Shown: positions 40,877 to 49,952 of the stretch, piece after piece | Position numbering within the stretch: position 1 is the first letter of the stretch | Layout: every line of letters begins with the position of its first letter | Assembly (NCBI GenBank): GCA_965199495.1 | Contig: CBDASK010000003.1 | Coordinates: forward strand, 1,888,001-1,952,000 | Reading direction: 5' to 3' | Length of the DNA: 64,000 bases | Origin: Abditibacterium sp. | GTDB taxonomy: Bacteria; Armatimonadota; Abditibacteriia; Abditibacteriales; Abditibacteriaceae | Translations under genes and position numbers: made by a program | Notes under the pieces: model-generated | The model's input: only the letters and a program-made list of their open reading frames with translations | Databases searched by the model: none | Told to the model about the DNA's origin: nothing

Positions 40877-41560
40877 ATGGATACATTACGCAACGACAAT
40901 TTGGACAACACGCGGGCCAACACGATTCCCGCCGAGAATGTGGCGGGACTTCACGATAGCGAGGGCGACATGGGCGAAGTCGCCGGAACTGGCGCGGGCG
41001 CGATTTCGGGTGGCGTCGTCGGCGCCGCCGTCGGCGGGCCAATTGGCGCGGTTATCGGCGCGGTCGCGGGCGGCGTTTTGGGCGCCAAGGGCGGCGAAGT
41101 CGCGCACAAAGTCGGCGACGATCACGACGACGTGAACCTTTCGACGGGCAGCGAAGGCGAAGTCGGTCGCGACGTAGGCGCCGGAGCGGGCGCGGTTTCG
41201 GGCGCCGTTATCGGCACGGCGGGCGGCCCGGTCGGCTCGGTTGTGGGCGCCGTGGCTGGTGGAATGCTCGGCGCGGCGGCGGGCGATGCCGCCAAGCATT
41301 TGGGCGAAAACGACATTAACCGCGCAAGTTCGGGCGTTGTCGCCAATCCCGTGGCCACATCGGTTGTTGAACCGGTCGTGGTGCCGACGCATGGTCACAC
41401 TTCGGTTTTGGCCGACGATACGCTCGGCAACGGCGTGCCCGGCGTGCAGACCGGCGGCCACGCCATTGACGGCACGCCCGACACGCGAGGCATCATGGAA
41501 AAAACGGCGGACGCCGTGACCGGCGATCATCTGGATGATAAAACCGGCAAAGTCGTTTAA
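40877..41560 (+). CDS. Glycine-zipper domain protein with two tandem zipper modules
   Basis: GGAGG RBS; GTGAGAISGGVVGAAVGGPIGAVIGAVAGG and a second similar block. Confidence 0.8.
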   Translation: MDTLRNDNLDNTRANTIPAENVAGLHDSEGDMGEVAGTGAGAISGGVVGAAVGGPIGAVIGAVAGGVLGAKGGEVAHKVGDDHDDVNLSTGSEGEVGRDVGAGAGAVSGAVIGTAGGPVGSVVGAVAGGMLGAAAGDAAKHLGENDINRASSGVVANPVATSVVEPVVVPTHGHTSVLADDTLGNGVPGVQTGGHAIDGTPDTRGIMEKTADAVTGDHLDDKTGKVV

Positions 41561-41576
41561 TGTCGCGATGGCAAAA

Positions 41577-41615
41577 AACAAAGCCCAATTCTCGCTTGAG
41601 AATTGGGCTTTGTTT
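41577..41615. terminator. Terminator hairpin after the glycine-zipper gene
   Basis: aaacaaagcccaattctc gctt gagaattgggctttgttt. Confidence 0.75.
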
Positions 41616-41800
41616 AGTAGGAGTTATGCAGTTGCTTCAAACTGTCATTCTGAGCGCAGTGAGGCACGAACGAAGTCGAAGAATCCATCGGTTGCGCGTT
41701 GACTTCGCTTTTACTTCATCGAGAGTTGTGGATTCTTCGACTTCGTTCGTGCCTCACTGCGCTCAGAATGACAGTTTGAAGCAACTGCATAACTCCTACT
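41616..41800. repeat. Perfect 72-bp inverted repeat of the TGTCATTCTGAGCG...GAAGAATC type
   Basis: 41616-41687 is the exact reverse complement of 41729-41800. Confidence 0.9.
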
Positions 41801-41819
41801 TATTTTTGCGCTAACCCCA

Positions 41820-42170
41820 TTAAACCGTCATCGGATGCGTTTGCGCATTCAATTCGGCGGCGGCTTCTGCTGCCGCTTGCGCGTCTTTTTCTTCGATTTG
41901 CAAGGCGCGCCGAAACGCACGACGCAGTTTGTCCGGCGTGACCGGCATTTGCACGCGGTTGGCGCCGTTGAACGTCACGACCGGAATGTGATCGTTGAGC
42001 TTTTCGCGGATGGCCAAATCGCTGTCAATGTCCACTTTCTCGATGTAGAAATCGAAATCTTCGTGCATGGTCTCCAGCAGACGCCCGGCCTCGTTGCACT
42101 TCTCGCAACCGTGGCGGCCATACAGGCGCACATGAAGCGCCGGGGGAGAATCGAAATTAAAATCGCTCAT
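41820..42170 (-). CDS. Glutaredoxin-like protein (DUF836-type)
   Basis: LYGRHGCEKC, VDID, IPVV. Confidence 0.78.
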   Translation of the reverse strand: MSDFNFDSPPALHVRLYGRHGCEKCNEAGRLLETMHEDFDFYIEKVDIDSDLAIREKLNDHIPVVTFNGANRVQMPVTPDKLRRAFRRALQIEEKDAQAAAEAAAELNAQTHPMTV

Positions 42171-42204
42171 AAGGCTCCAGCAAAGTGAGAAACGTTGGGC
42201 CAAC

Positions 42205-43056
42205 TTATTTCTTGGGTTGCGCGCTGGGTATTTCTACGGGCGTTTCGACTTTGACGCTGCGAAGTATATCGCCCTGTGTCAATTTCATGGCCGCAGCGGC
42301 GCCGCCGACGACTTTGCCAAACACGGTGTAGCCGTCGCCCGTATCGAGGCGCGGCACCGCGCCTTGCGTGATATAAAACTGGCTGCCCGCCGAATTGGGG
42401 TCTTGCGTGCGCGCGGCGGCGATGATCAATTTTTGGTGCGTCAGCTTGTTATGTTCGCGCGGAATTTCGTAGCCGGGGCCGCCCATGCCCGCGAAGTTCA
42501 TGGTCGAAGCATTTTTGGTGAGCGGATCGCCGCCCTGAATAATGTAGCTTTTGCCGTCGCCTTCCAAATCGGCGTGACGCGGAAAAGTGGTATCGTCGAA
42601 GAAGCCCTTTTTGGCCAGATAAACAAAGCTCTTGACGTGGAGCGGCGCGGCTTTGGCATCGAGTTCGAGCGTAATCGGGCCTTTGCTGGTGTTCATTAAA
42701 ACTTTGACTTTGTCGGGCACTTTCATGTTGAGCGGTGGGCGCATTTGGTGCGCTTTGGCCATACCAGCTTTGTAGCTCGCGATCATTTCGGGCGTGGCTT
42801 TGGGGCCAAAGCCTTTTTCGTCCGCGACCGTTGCGCGATAACGCTCGTCTTCACCGGTCTTGGAAACGGCGGGCTTGGGCGTCGCGGCGGGCGGATCCGT
42901 CGGAACAGGGGCGCTGTTGCCCGCGAGCGAATTGGTGGAGGTCGGGGTTCCGACGGAATTGGTGGCGGCGGGCGAAAAGCAACCGGCGAGCGACGTAGCA
43001 GCCACCGGCAACGCGGCTATGAGCGCGAGCAGGGAAAATCGGGAAACATTTTTCAT
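42205..43056 (-). CDS. Cyclophilin-type peptidyl-prolyl isomerase, lipoprotein
   Basis: Lipobox LAGC; TSKGPITLEL...AP..V..F, IQGGDP, SAGSQFYI, YTVFGKV. Confidence 0.9.
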   Translation of the reverse strand: MKNVSRFSLLALIAALPVAATSLAGCFSPAATNSVGTPTSTNSLAGNSAPVPTDPPAATPKPAVSKTGEDERYRATVADEKGFGPKATPEMIASYKAGMAKAHQMRPPLNMKVPDKVKVLMNTSKGPITLELDAKAAPLHVKSFVYLAKKGFFDDTTFPRHADLEGDGKSYIIQGGDPLTKNASTMNFAGMGGPGYEIPREHNKLTHQKLIIAAARTQDPNSAGSQFYITQGAVPRLDTGDGYTVFGKVVGGAAAAMKLTQGDILRSVKVETPVEIPSAQPKK

Positions 43057-43161
43057 GGAATTTGAGTGGGGAAAAACCAGCCTTGAGACGAAAAAATGGC
43101 TCGCAAGTCGCGTTTCTGTGGAAAACGAAAGTTGCGAGCCGTCAAGAAAATGGAAGGGAAG

Positions 43162-43404
43162 TTAAGCGCGCTTCTCTTCGGCGGCCAAAGCGGCCATCGA
43201 GTTGGCGCCGATTGGCATACCAATGCCGCGCTGGTAACGCTGCAAACCATAACAATCGCGACAGGTAATCGAGTCAATGACAAACGGAAGATGGCGGATT
43301 TGTTTGCCGCACTGCGTGCATTTGGGCGTGGCGACAATGGGGGAACGGACGGCAATTGTTTCAGCGGGGGAATGCTTGTGAGCGGGTTTTGTGGGGGAGG
43401 CCAT
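43162..43404 (-). CDS. Small Zn-ribbon-like hypothetical protein
   Basis: AAGGA RBS; CTQC...CRDC. Confidence 0.55.
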   Translation of the reverse strand: MASPTKPAHKHSPAETIAVRSPIVATPKCTQCGKQIRHLPFVIDSITCRDCYGLQRYQRGIGMPIGANSMAALAAEEKRA

Positions 43405-43615
43405 AAAAATGTTTTCCTTCTTCAAACCAAACAATTTCAGTATAACATAAATTCTTTTCACTTCGCGGGGAACCTTGTATGACATTAGCTTTTGCAGCCA
43501 AAATTTGTCGTGCGCGGAACCGAGACGAACGCCGGGACGCTAAACTTGCTCGTCGTCAAGGCCGTGCTTTGAGCGCGACATCCAAGACGTTAATTTCAAG
43601 GAGAAACCCACAAAA

Positions 43616-43939
43616 ATGCTTCCTAATATTCCCGGCCTGCAAAAGCAGGTTCAGAAAATGCAAGACGACATGGCGCGTCTGCAAACCGAACTCGACAACG
43701 CCCGCATCGAAGCCGCTTCGGGCGGCGGCATGGTCAAAGCCGTCGTCAACGGCAAAGGCGAAATGCTCGATTTGGTCATCGCGCCCGAAGTCGTTGACCC
43801 GCAAGATATCGGTATGTTGCAAGATTTGGTCATCGCCGCCGTGCGCGACGCCATGACCAAAGCCGAAGACGAGAAAACCGAAAAAATGAACGCCGCCATG
43901 CCGCCCGGTTTAATGGGCAACCTGAAAGGAATGTTTTAA
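43616..43939 (+). CDS. ybaB: YbaB/EbfC nucleoid-associated protein
   Basis: SGGGMV, LQDLVIAAV; AGGAG RBS; upstream of recR. Confidence 0.9.
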   Translation: MLPNIPGLQKQVQKMQDDMARLQTELDNARIEAASGGGMVKAVVNGKGEMLDLVIAPEVVDPQDIGMLQDLVIAAVRDAMTKAEDEKTEKMNAAMPPGLMGNLKGMF

Positions 43940-43944
43940 TTTCG

Positions 43945-44040
43945 GTGATAAGTAACAAGTCGCAAGTGACAAGTGAAAATAGCGAGGACTTGAAGTGACG
44001 CGCTTTTTTACTTGTCACTTGCCACCTGTTACTTGTCACT
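43945..44040. repeat. Inverted pair of GTGACAA-type heptamer tandem arrays between ybaB and recR
   Basis: gtgataa gtaacaa gtcgcaa gtgacaa gtgaaaa ... cttgtca cttgcca cctgtta cttgtca. Confidence 0.8.
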
Positions 44041-44049
44041 GCGCAAGCA

Positions 44050-44652
44050 ATGCTCTATCCCCGCCCGCTTCAACGTCTGCTCGCCGAACTCGAACGCTTG
44101 CCCGGCATCGGGCCGAAATCGGCGCAGCGTTTGGCGTTTCATCTGTTGCGCTCGGCCCGCGACGACAACGCGGCTTTGGCCGACGCGATTAAAAGCGTGC
44201 GCGAACAGATTCATCCGTGCCAGAATTGCGGCAATTTCACCGACGAAGATTTGTGCGATATTTGCCGCGCGCCGCGCCGCGAAAACGGCCAGATGTGCAT
44301 CGTTTCCGAGGCGCGCGATGTGTTGTCCATCGAAAACTCCAACGAGTTTTATGGACGTTATCACGTTCTGGGCGGCGTGATTAATCCGCTCGATGGCATC
44401 GGGCCAGCCGATCTGCGCCTCGATAACCTGCTCGACCGCATCCGCGACGAAAACATCGAAGAAGTCATCGTGGCTTTGTCGCCGACAGTCGAAGGCGAAA
44501 CGACCGGCTCGTTTTTAGCGTCGCTTTTGCACGAACACGCGGACAAAGTGAAAGTCACACAGCTTGCGCGTGGCTTGCCTTTCGGCGGCGATTTGGATTA
44601 CGCCGATCAAGTCACCATTGCGGGCGCGCTGCGCGGACGGCGTGAGTTGTAG
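44050..44652 (+). CDS. recR: Recombination mediator RecR
   Basis: LPGIGPKSAQR, C4 zinc finger, YHVLGG, TVEGE, LDYAD. Confidence 0.96.
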   Translation: MLYPRPLQRLLAELERLPGIGPKSAQRLAFHLLRSARDDNAALADAIKSVREQIHPCQNCGNFTDEDLCDICRAPRRENGQMCIVSEARDVLSIENSNEFYGRYHVLGGVINPLDGIGPADLRLDNLLDRIRDENIEEVIVALSPTVEGETTGSFLASLLHEHADKVKVTQLARGLPFGGDLDYADQVTIAGALRGRREL

Positions 44653-44678
44653 GTTTGGAAAGTCGCCGAATTTTCCGC

Positions 44679-44784
44679 GCGCCAACGTAGGGGCGGGGTC
44701 TCCCCGCCCACAACGTGAGGCGACGATAACGGAAGATGATGCCGTAACGTTGTGAGCGGGGAGACCCCGCCCCTACGTTGGCGC
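44679..44784. repeat. GTAGGGGCGGGG-type REP doublet (38-bp arms, 1 mismatch)
   Basis: 44679-44716 versus 44747-44784; same family as 52350-52462. Confidence 0.88.
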
Positions 44785-44830
44785 AATCATTTTCACTATC
44801 CCAACTGAAATCAAGTAAAATAACTTTATC

Positions 44831-47023
44831 GTGACCGTCGCACCTTCCACCGAAACCGTTAGTGAATCGCCCGAATTGCTCGCCGAATTGGAGCGCGTTT
44901 TCGGTTACACCGCGTTTCGCCCGCATCAGGAAGACGCGGTGCGCGCGGCGCTGGCGGGGCGCGATTGTCTGGTCGTGATGCCGACGGGCGCGGGCAAATC
45001 TTTAACGTTTCAGTTGCCCGCCGCGATCACGCCGGGCGTCACCATCGTGATTTCGCCGCTCATCGCTTTGATGCGCGACCAAATTATCGCGTTGCACGAG
45101 CGCACATCGTTTGTCGAAGAAGGCGCGTATTATCTCAATTCGTCGCAGTCGCAGGACGAACAACGCGACGTTTTAAGTTTGGTGCGCGCGGGCCGCGTGA
45201 AACTGCTTTACATCACGCCCGAACGATTGCGTTCGGGCGCGTTTTTGGATTTGCTGCAAAGCGTTAAAATCGCCAGATTAGTTGTGGACGAGGCGCATTG
45301 TATTTCGGAATGGGGCCACGATTTTCGGCCCGATTATCTGGCGATTAAAGATGTCGTCGCGACGTTGGGCGATGTGCCGCGTTTCGCAGTGACGGCAACA
45401 GCCACGCGGCGCGTGCAAGGCTCGATTGCCGAAAATCTGGGCATGCGCGAGCCGGAAATTATCGTCGGTGGATTTGACCGGCCCAACTTGCATTGGTCGG
45501 TCGTGCGCTGTAAAAACGACGCGGAGCGCGATAACAAATTATTCAAAGCTCTGCCGAAATTGATGTCGCGCGGCGGGAGCGGTTTGATTTATGTTTCGAC
45601 GCGCAAAGTCTGCGAAAAAATCGGCGAGTTGGCGCTCAACGCTTTGGCGCCGCTCGGCATTCGCGCGGGCTGTTACCACGCGGGCATGGAGAACGAATCG
45701 CGCTCGAAAATGCAGGAGGCGTGGTTGCGCGGCGACATTCCGGTTTTGGTGGCGACGAACGCGTTTGGCATGGGCATTGACAAGCCCGACGTGCGATTTG
45801 TCGTGCATTACGGCTATCCCGAATCGCCCGAATCGTATTATCAGGAAGCGGGCCGCGCCGGGCGCGACGGCAAAAAGGCGCGCGTTTTCGTGTTGAGCGT
45901 GCCCGCCGCCGACCGCAAACTGCGCGAATGGTTCATCACCAACGAAGCCATCGAAGCCGACGATTTTCAGAAAGTCGTGCAGAAATTGGGACGATTGGCG
46001 GGCGGCGAAGCGGTGCGCGTGCCGAGTTATTGGTGGGATCAGGAATTGGCGTGGCGCGAACCCAAACCGCGCGTGGTTTTGTCGCGCCTCGAACGCGCCG
46101 GTTTGCTCGAACGCTTGAGCGAAACGCCCGAAGGCATCGAACTGCGGCCAACCGTGAAATCCATTCCCGCCAATCAGATGGGCGAACTGCGGCGCGGATT
46201 GGAGCGCGATCTCAACGAACGATTCGAGCGCCTCAACGAAATGGCGGGTTACGTCAAAACCATCGAATGTCGGCGCGCGGCGCTGATCAATTATTTCGGC
46301 GACGCCGACGAATTTATCGGCGGCGGCGAAGGTTGCTGCGACAACTGCGACGCGCGCGCCAAAGGCATTGACCTGAGCGCGCGAAGTCCCAAAATGGCCC
46401 AGGGCCGAGTCGAGGCGCCCTCGCAAATCGGCGATATTTACGAACTGTTGCAGGCGCTCGATGCTTTATGGCCGAGCGTGGGCAAAACGCGACTGGCAAA
46501 AATTCTGCGCGGCTCCAACGCCGCCGATATGCAGCGCTATCTGGACGCGCCGGTTTATGGCGCTTTGCGCGGTGTTTCGGTCGCCAAAACCAACACGTTT
46601 TTGGAAGAATTACTCGACCGCGCGCTCTTGCATCAGGGCGACGAAGACGAATATTATGTCGTCAACGTGACGCGCGCCGGACGCGAGGCGTGGGAAGCGC
46701 GCGCCGGTGTGGACGATTTGGAATTGCCCGGACAAACCCGGCGTGGCTCCAGTTCGGCGCGGCGCGCCAGTTCGTTCGCGAATGATGACGACGACACCCT
46801 CGATGGCGTGGGCGGCGCGCTCTTCGAGAAGCTGCGCAACTGGCGCAGCGCGCGCGCGCGCGAAGAAAGCGTGCCGCCTTATATCGTGTTCGGCGACAAA
46901 GTTCTGCGCGAAATCGCGCGCCAACGCCCGTCGGATTTAGACGAATTGGGCGAAATTAGCGGTATCGGCCCGGCGAAATTAGATAAATACGGCGAGTTAG
47001 TTTTGGAATTATTGAGTGAATAA
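44831..47023 (+). CDS. recQ: RecQ-family helicase with RQC-like and HRDC domains
   Basis: MPTGAGKS, DEAHCISEWGHDFRP, AFGMGIDK, QEAGRAGRDG, CRR...YFG...CCDNC, PPYIVF. Confidence 0.92.
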   Translation: MTVAPSTETVSESPELLAELERVFGYTAFRPHQEDAVRAALAGRDCLVVMPTGAGKSLTFQLPAAITPGVTIVISPLIALMRDQIIALHERTSFVEEGAYYLNSSQSQDEQRDVLSLVRAGRVKLLYITPERLRSGAFLDLLQSVKIARLVVDEAHCISEWGHDFRPDYLAIKDVVATLGDVPRFAVTATATRRVQGSIAENLGMREPEIIVGGFDRPNLHWSVVRCKNDAERDNKLFKALPKLMSRGGSGLIYVSTRKVCEKIGELALNALAPLGIRAGCYHAGMENESRSKMQEAWLRGDIPVLVATNAFGMGIDKPDVRFVVHYGYPESPESYYQEAGRAGRDGKKARVFVLSVPAADRKLREWFITNEAIEADDFQKVVQKLGRLAGGEAVRVPSYWWDQELAWREPKPRVVLSRLERAGLLERLSETPEGIELRPTVKSIPANQMGELRRGLERDLNERFERLNEMAGYVKTIECRRAALINYFGDADEFIGGGEGCCDNCDARAKGIDLSARSPKMAQGRVEAPSQIGDIYELLQALDALWPSVGKTRLAKILRGSNAADMQRYLDAPVYGALRGVSVAKTNTFLEELLDRALLHQGDEDEYYVVNVTRAGREAWEARAGVDDLELPGQTRRGSSSARRASSFANDDDDTLDGVGGALFEKLRNWRSARAREESVPPYIVFGDKVLREIARQRPSDLDELGEISGIGPAKLDKYGELVLELLSE

Positions 47024-47065
47024 ACTGGACGCTTGGAACACGGTTAAGAGCCTTGTATGTTAATA

Positions 47066-47246
47066 GTAGGGGCAAGAGTGACGCCGATAAGAGCCTGAGC
47101 TGCTTGCAAGCTGTTGGATAGAATTGCGCCTCTTGTCCCTGTTCTTTTTTGTCTTTTCAAGCCGGACAGTATCTTGAGCCGTTGCGAGTTGTGACTTGCA
47201 ACAGAGTTCGCATTGACAAGGCTGGCTGCAAGATAAAAACAAGAAC
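47066..47246 (+). ncRNA. IS110 bridge RNA (target-binding and donor-binding loops); ends approximate
   Basis: TAAGAGCCT 47088-47096, TTGGATAG 47114-47121, ACAGTATCTTG 47166-47176 and ACAAG 47216-47220 match the target and donor; closing stems ggggcaagag/ctcttgtccc and agccgg/ctggct. Confidence 0.85.
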
Positions 47247-47278
47247 CCCTCGGTTTCCCTTTGTTTGAGGAGAATCTC

Positions 47279-48283
47279 ATGTTTTTAGGAATAGACGTTT
47301 CCAAAGCGACTCTCGATGCCGCGTTTCTGTCCACCCCAGACGCCGCCAAAACGCGCCACAAAGTCTTCGCCAACACAGAGCAAGGCCATCAACTTCTGCT
47401 CGACTGGTTGCAAGAGCTGCCTTCTACCAGTGCAGAAGCGCCCACATCCGCGCCCACGCTTCACGCGTGTTTAGAAGCCACCGGCATCTACGGCGATGCC
47501 CTTGCGCGCGCGCTCCACCAAGCCGGGCATCTTGTCTCGGTTGTGAACCCCGCTGCCGTGCGTGCCTTTGCCAAAAGCCAGCTCAAGCGCACCAAAACCG
47601 ACAAAGCCGATGCGCAACTCATCGCCCGCTTTTGCGCTTTGCACCGGCCCGCGCCCTGGAAGGCGCCCGCGCCGGAGATCGAGCATCTGCAAGCTCTGGT
47701 GCGCCGCATCGAGACGCTCCAGGAGATGAAGCAGATGGAAGCCAACCGCCTGGAAGTGACCTCCTGTGAGGTCGTTCAACACTCGTTGCGCTCTCACATC
47801 GACTATCTCGAACGGGAGATCGGGGCGACCAAAGACCAGATCAAAGAGCACATCCAGGCGCATCCTGAGTTGAACGAATCCGTGCGTTTGCTCTGCTCGA
47901 TTCCTGGCATCGCTGCGGCCACAGCCGCATTGATCCTGGCCGAGTTGGGCGAGATCGCGCAGTTCGAGAACGCGCGCCAGGTCGCGGCGTTTGCCGGATT
48001 AGCGCCGTGTTTGCGCGAATCGGGTTCGAGCGTGCGCGGCAAGCCGCGCCTGTCTAAGGTCGGTTCGCCGCGTCTGCGCAAAGCGCTCTTTTATCCGGCG
48101 ATGACGGCACTGCGCTGCAATCCCGTGATTAGCGAGTTGAAGCAACGTTTGACCCAGGCTGGCAAGTGTAAAATGCTGATCTTGGGTGCTGCGATGCGCA
48201 AGTTGCTGGTGTTGGCCTATGGCGTGCTCAAGTCCGGTCAGCCCTTCGATGCCGAGTTTTGTGCGCAGGGGCTGAAAAATTAA
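47279..48283 (+). CDS. IS110 family recombinase/transposase
   Basis: GIDVSK, CLEATG, KTDKADA, SIPGI, SGSSV...SKVG...LRKALF; GAGGAG RBS before ATG 47279. Confidence 0.96.
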   Translation: MFLGIDVSKATLDAAFLSTPDAAKTRHKVFANTEQGHQLLLDWLQELPSTSAEAPTSAPTLHACLEATGIYGDALARALHQAGHLVSVVNPAAVRAFAKSQLKRTKTDKADAQLIARFCALHRPAPWKAPAPEIEHLQALVRRIETLQEMKQMEANRLEVTSCEVVQHSLRSHIDYLEREIGATKDQIKEHIQAHPELNESVRLLCSIPGIAAATAALILAELGEIAQFENARQVAAFAGLAPCLRESGSSVRGKPRLSKVGSPRLRKALFYPAMTALRCNPVISELKQRLTQAGKCKMLILGAAMRKLLVLAYGVLKSGQPFDAEFCAQGLKN

Positions 48284-48294
48284 CGCCAAAACTC

Positions 48295-48315
48295 TTGACG
48301 GCCAACACAGTATCT
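48295..48315 (+). promoter_or_regulatory. -35 box of the IS110 circle-junction promoter
   Basis: After circularisation via the CT core, TTGACG (48295-48300) lies 17 nt from TATGTT (47056-47061). Confidence 0.75.
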
Positions 48316-48465
48316 ATCCAAATAGGAAAACCAGAATGCGACTGAGCGATGGGAGCGGGGCTGGCGCACCCTTCCAATCTGGCGTAAGTCCGAGGAAAGT
48401 CCGCCGATTGGAAGAGTGCGTCAGCCCCGCATCTTCAATACTTCGCGTCCTATTCGGATAGGTTC
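48316..48465. mobile_element. Body of a ~156-bp MITE whose left TIR is split by IS110 (its first bases are 47048-47053)
   Basis: Rejoined left TIR GAGCCTATCCAAATAGGA versus right TIR 48448-48465 (revcomp GAACCTATCCGAATAGGA), 16/18; TAA at 47045-47047 and 48466-48468; long internal hairpin. Confidence 0.75.
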
Positions 48466-48505
48466 TAAATCGCGCGCTGTCAGACGTTGGTAAAGGAGAA
48501 TCCAA

Positions 48506-49381
48506 ATGCGACATTTTTTCACTTGTTGTGCCGTTACGCTGCTGACCACTCTGGCGGCTCATGCAGCCACGCCGACGGCGGCGTTACAATTAATGCCCGC
48601 CAAAGCCATTAGTTTGCGCTGGCAGAAACTGCCAACCGACACTGATAACGCGGTTTGGCTACATATCTATTGCGTGCCCAAAAGCCGCGACCCCGAATTG
48701 AAAAACATGGGCGTGGACGAAACTGGCCCGATTACACGCGCAAATATTACAAATGGCCCGTCGTTGGCGTCGTCGCCGTTCTGGCTCGATGTTTTCGCCG
48801 ATGCCAACGCCAAGCGGCGCTTGAATTCGGTCAAATTCGAGGAAGGTCACGATGTGCAAGACATCACATTGCGCTGGCTCGAACCCAAATCGCGGCGCGG
48901 CCCCGTCGTGCTGATGAAGTTTGGTTACACGCATTGGTATGAATGGCAAACCTTTACTTTCGCGCAGGGCTGGACGAAACCAGCGCACGCGCAAACCTTT
49001 TTCTATGGCGGCGAAGGCGAAATTTATAACGATCTCCGTTTCGACCGCACCGACGCGCAGGGCCATTTAATCGTCGTCGAAGATGAAGGTCTGGAAAACA
49101 ACAAAGAGCGCACCAATATCTATCGCTGGAATGGGCGCGAGTGGGACGATAAAACATTGAAATATTTCGTGGTCGGCGCTTCGGTCAAAACCAAAAGCGC
49201 CGCCGACGAGATATTGCGCAAGCGTGGTTACGGCGAAGTTTTGCGCTCGAACGATTATCCTAAATTAAGTCCGGGCTATTGGATTTGGATTACAGGACGG
49301 TTTCGCACCAAAGCCGAAGCCGACGAGATCGTCGCGCATCTGGATAAAAATACGCCCGCCGTCGTGCGGCTGGCGCGCTGA
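48506..49381 (+). CDS. Secreted hypothetical protein with a SPOR-like C-terminus
   Basis: AAGGAG RBS; signal peptide ending AHA; L.S.DY..L.PGYW...G.F....EA. Confidence 0.75.
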   Translation: MRHFFTCCAVTLLTTLAAHAATPTAALQLMPAKAISLRWQKLPTDTDNAVWLHIYCVPKSRDPELKNMGVDETGPITRANITNGPSLASSPFWLDVFADANAKRRLNSVKFEEGHDVQDITLRWLEPKSRRGPVVLMKFGYTHWYEWQTFTFAQGWTKPAHAQTFFYGGEGEIYNDLRFDRTDAQGHLIVVEDEGLENNKERTNIYRWNGREWDDKTLKYFVVGASVKTKSAADEILRKRGYGEVLRSNDYPKLSPGYWIWITGRFRTKAEADEIVAHLDKNTPAVVRLAR

Positions 49382-49404
49382 ATCGGCGCATCCTCTTTAT
49401 TTTT

Positions 49405-49944
49405 ATGCCCGAATTTCCCATTGTTTATCGCCACGATTGCCAAATTACGCCCGCGCAAGACGAAGCGCTGCGCGCGCTTTTTCGTGTTTGTTTCAAACGT
49501 GAACTGGCTTATTTGGAACATCAACGGTTTTTTCGCGAACTGCCGCCGCATCGCTGGATGATTTTCGACGAAAACGAAAACGTCGTGGCGCATATCGCGG
49601 GTTACGACAAAATTTTGGGCACCGACGACGGATTATTACCCGTCATCGGCATCGCCGAAGTTTGCGTCGCGCCCAATTATCGCGGGCGTGGATTTGTGCG
49701 GGCGCTACTCGCGCAGATTCACGATTGGGCGCGCGCACAAAGATTTTCGCACTCGTTACTTTTCGGTTCACACGGCATTTACGGCAGTAGCGGCTACGAG
49801 AAAATTGATAATCCGATTCGCGCGCTCGATTATCGAACCAGCGAATGGGAAACGCAACCGCTCGAATACGCCCTCGTGCGCGCGCTAAACGACGACGCAG
49901 TTTGGCCGAGCGGAACGATTGATTTGCGCGGGCCACATTTTTGA
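49405..49944 (+). CDS. GNAT acetyltransferase
   Basis: IAEVCVAPNYRGRGF; YGSSGY. Confidence 0.85.
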   Translation: MPEFPIVYRHDCQITPAQDEALRALFRVCFKRELAYLEHQRFFRELPPHRWMIFDENENVVAHIAGYDKILGTDDGLLPVIGIAEVCVAPNYRGRGFVRALLAQIHDWARAQRFSHSLLFGSHGIYGSSGYEKIDNPIRALDYRTSEWETQPLEYALVRALNDDAVWPSGTIDLRGPHF

Positions 49945-49952
49945 AAACGATA

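Larger units (their letters stand above)
47052..48315 (+). mobile_element. IS110-family (IS621-like) insertion sequence with a CT core at both junctions
   Basis: Left junction TAAGAGC|CT|TGTAT; right junction ACAGTAT|CT|ATCCAA; long non-coding left end; DEDD recombinase. Confidence 0.93.

Noticed and set aside
48391..48403. GAGGAAAGTCCG, resembling the conserved RNase P RNA motif
   Set aside because: It lies in the loop of the MITE hairpin; only ~100 nt remain before the next gene, and I saw no other RNase P elements
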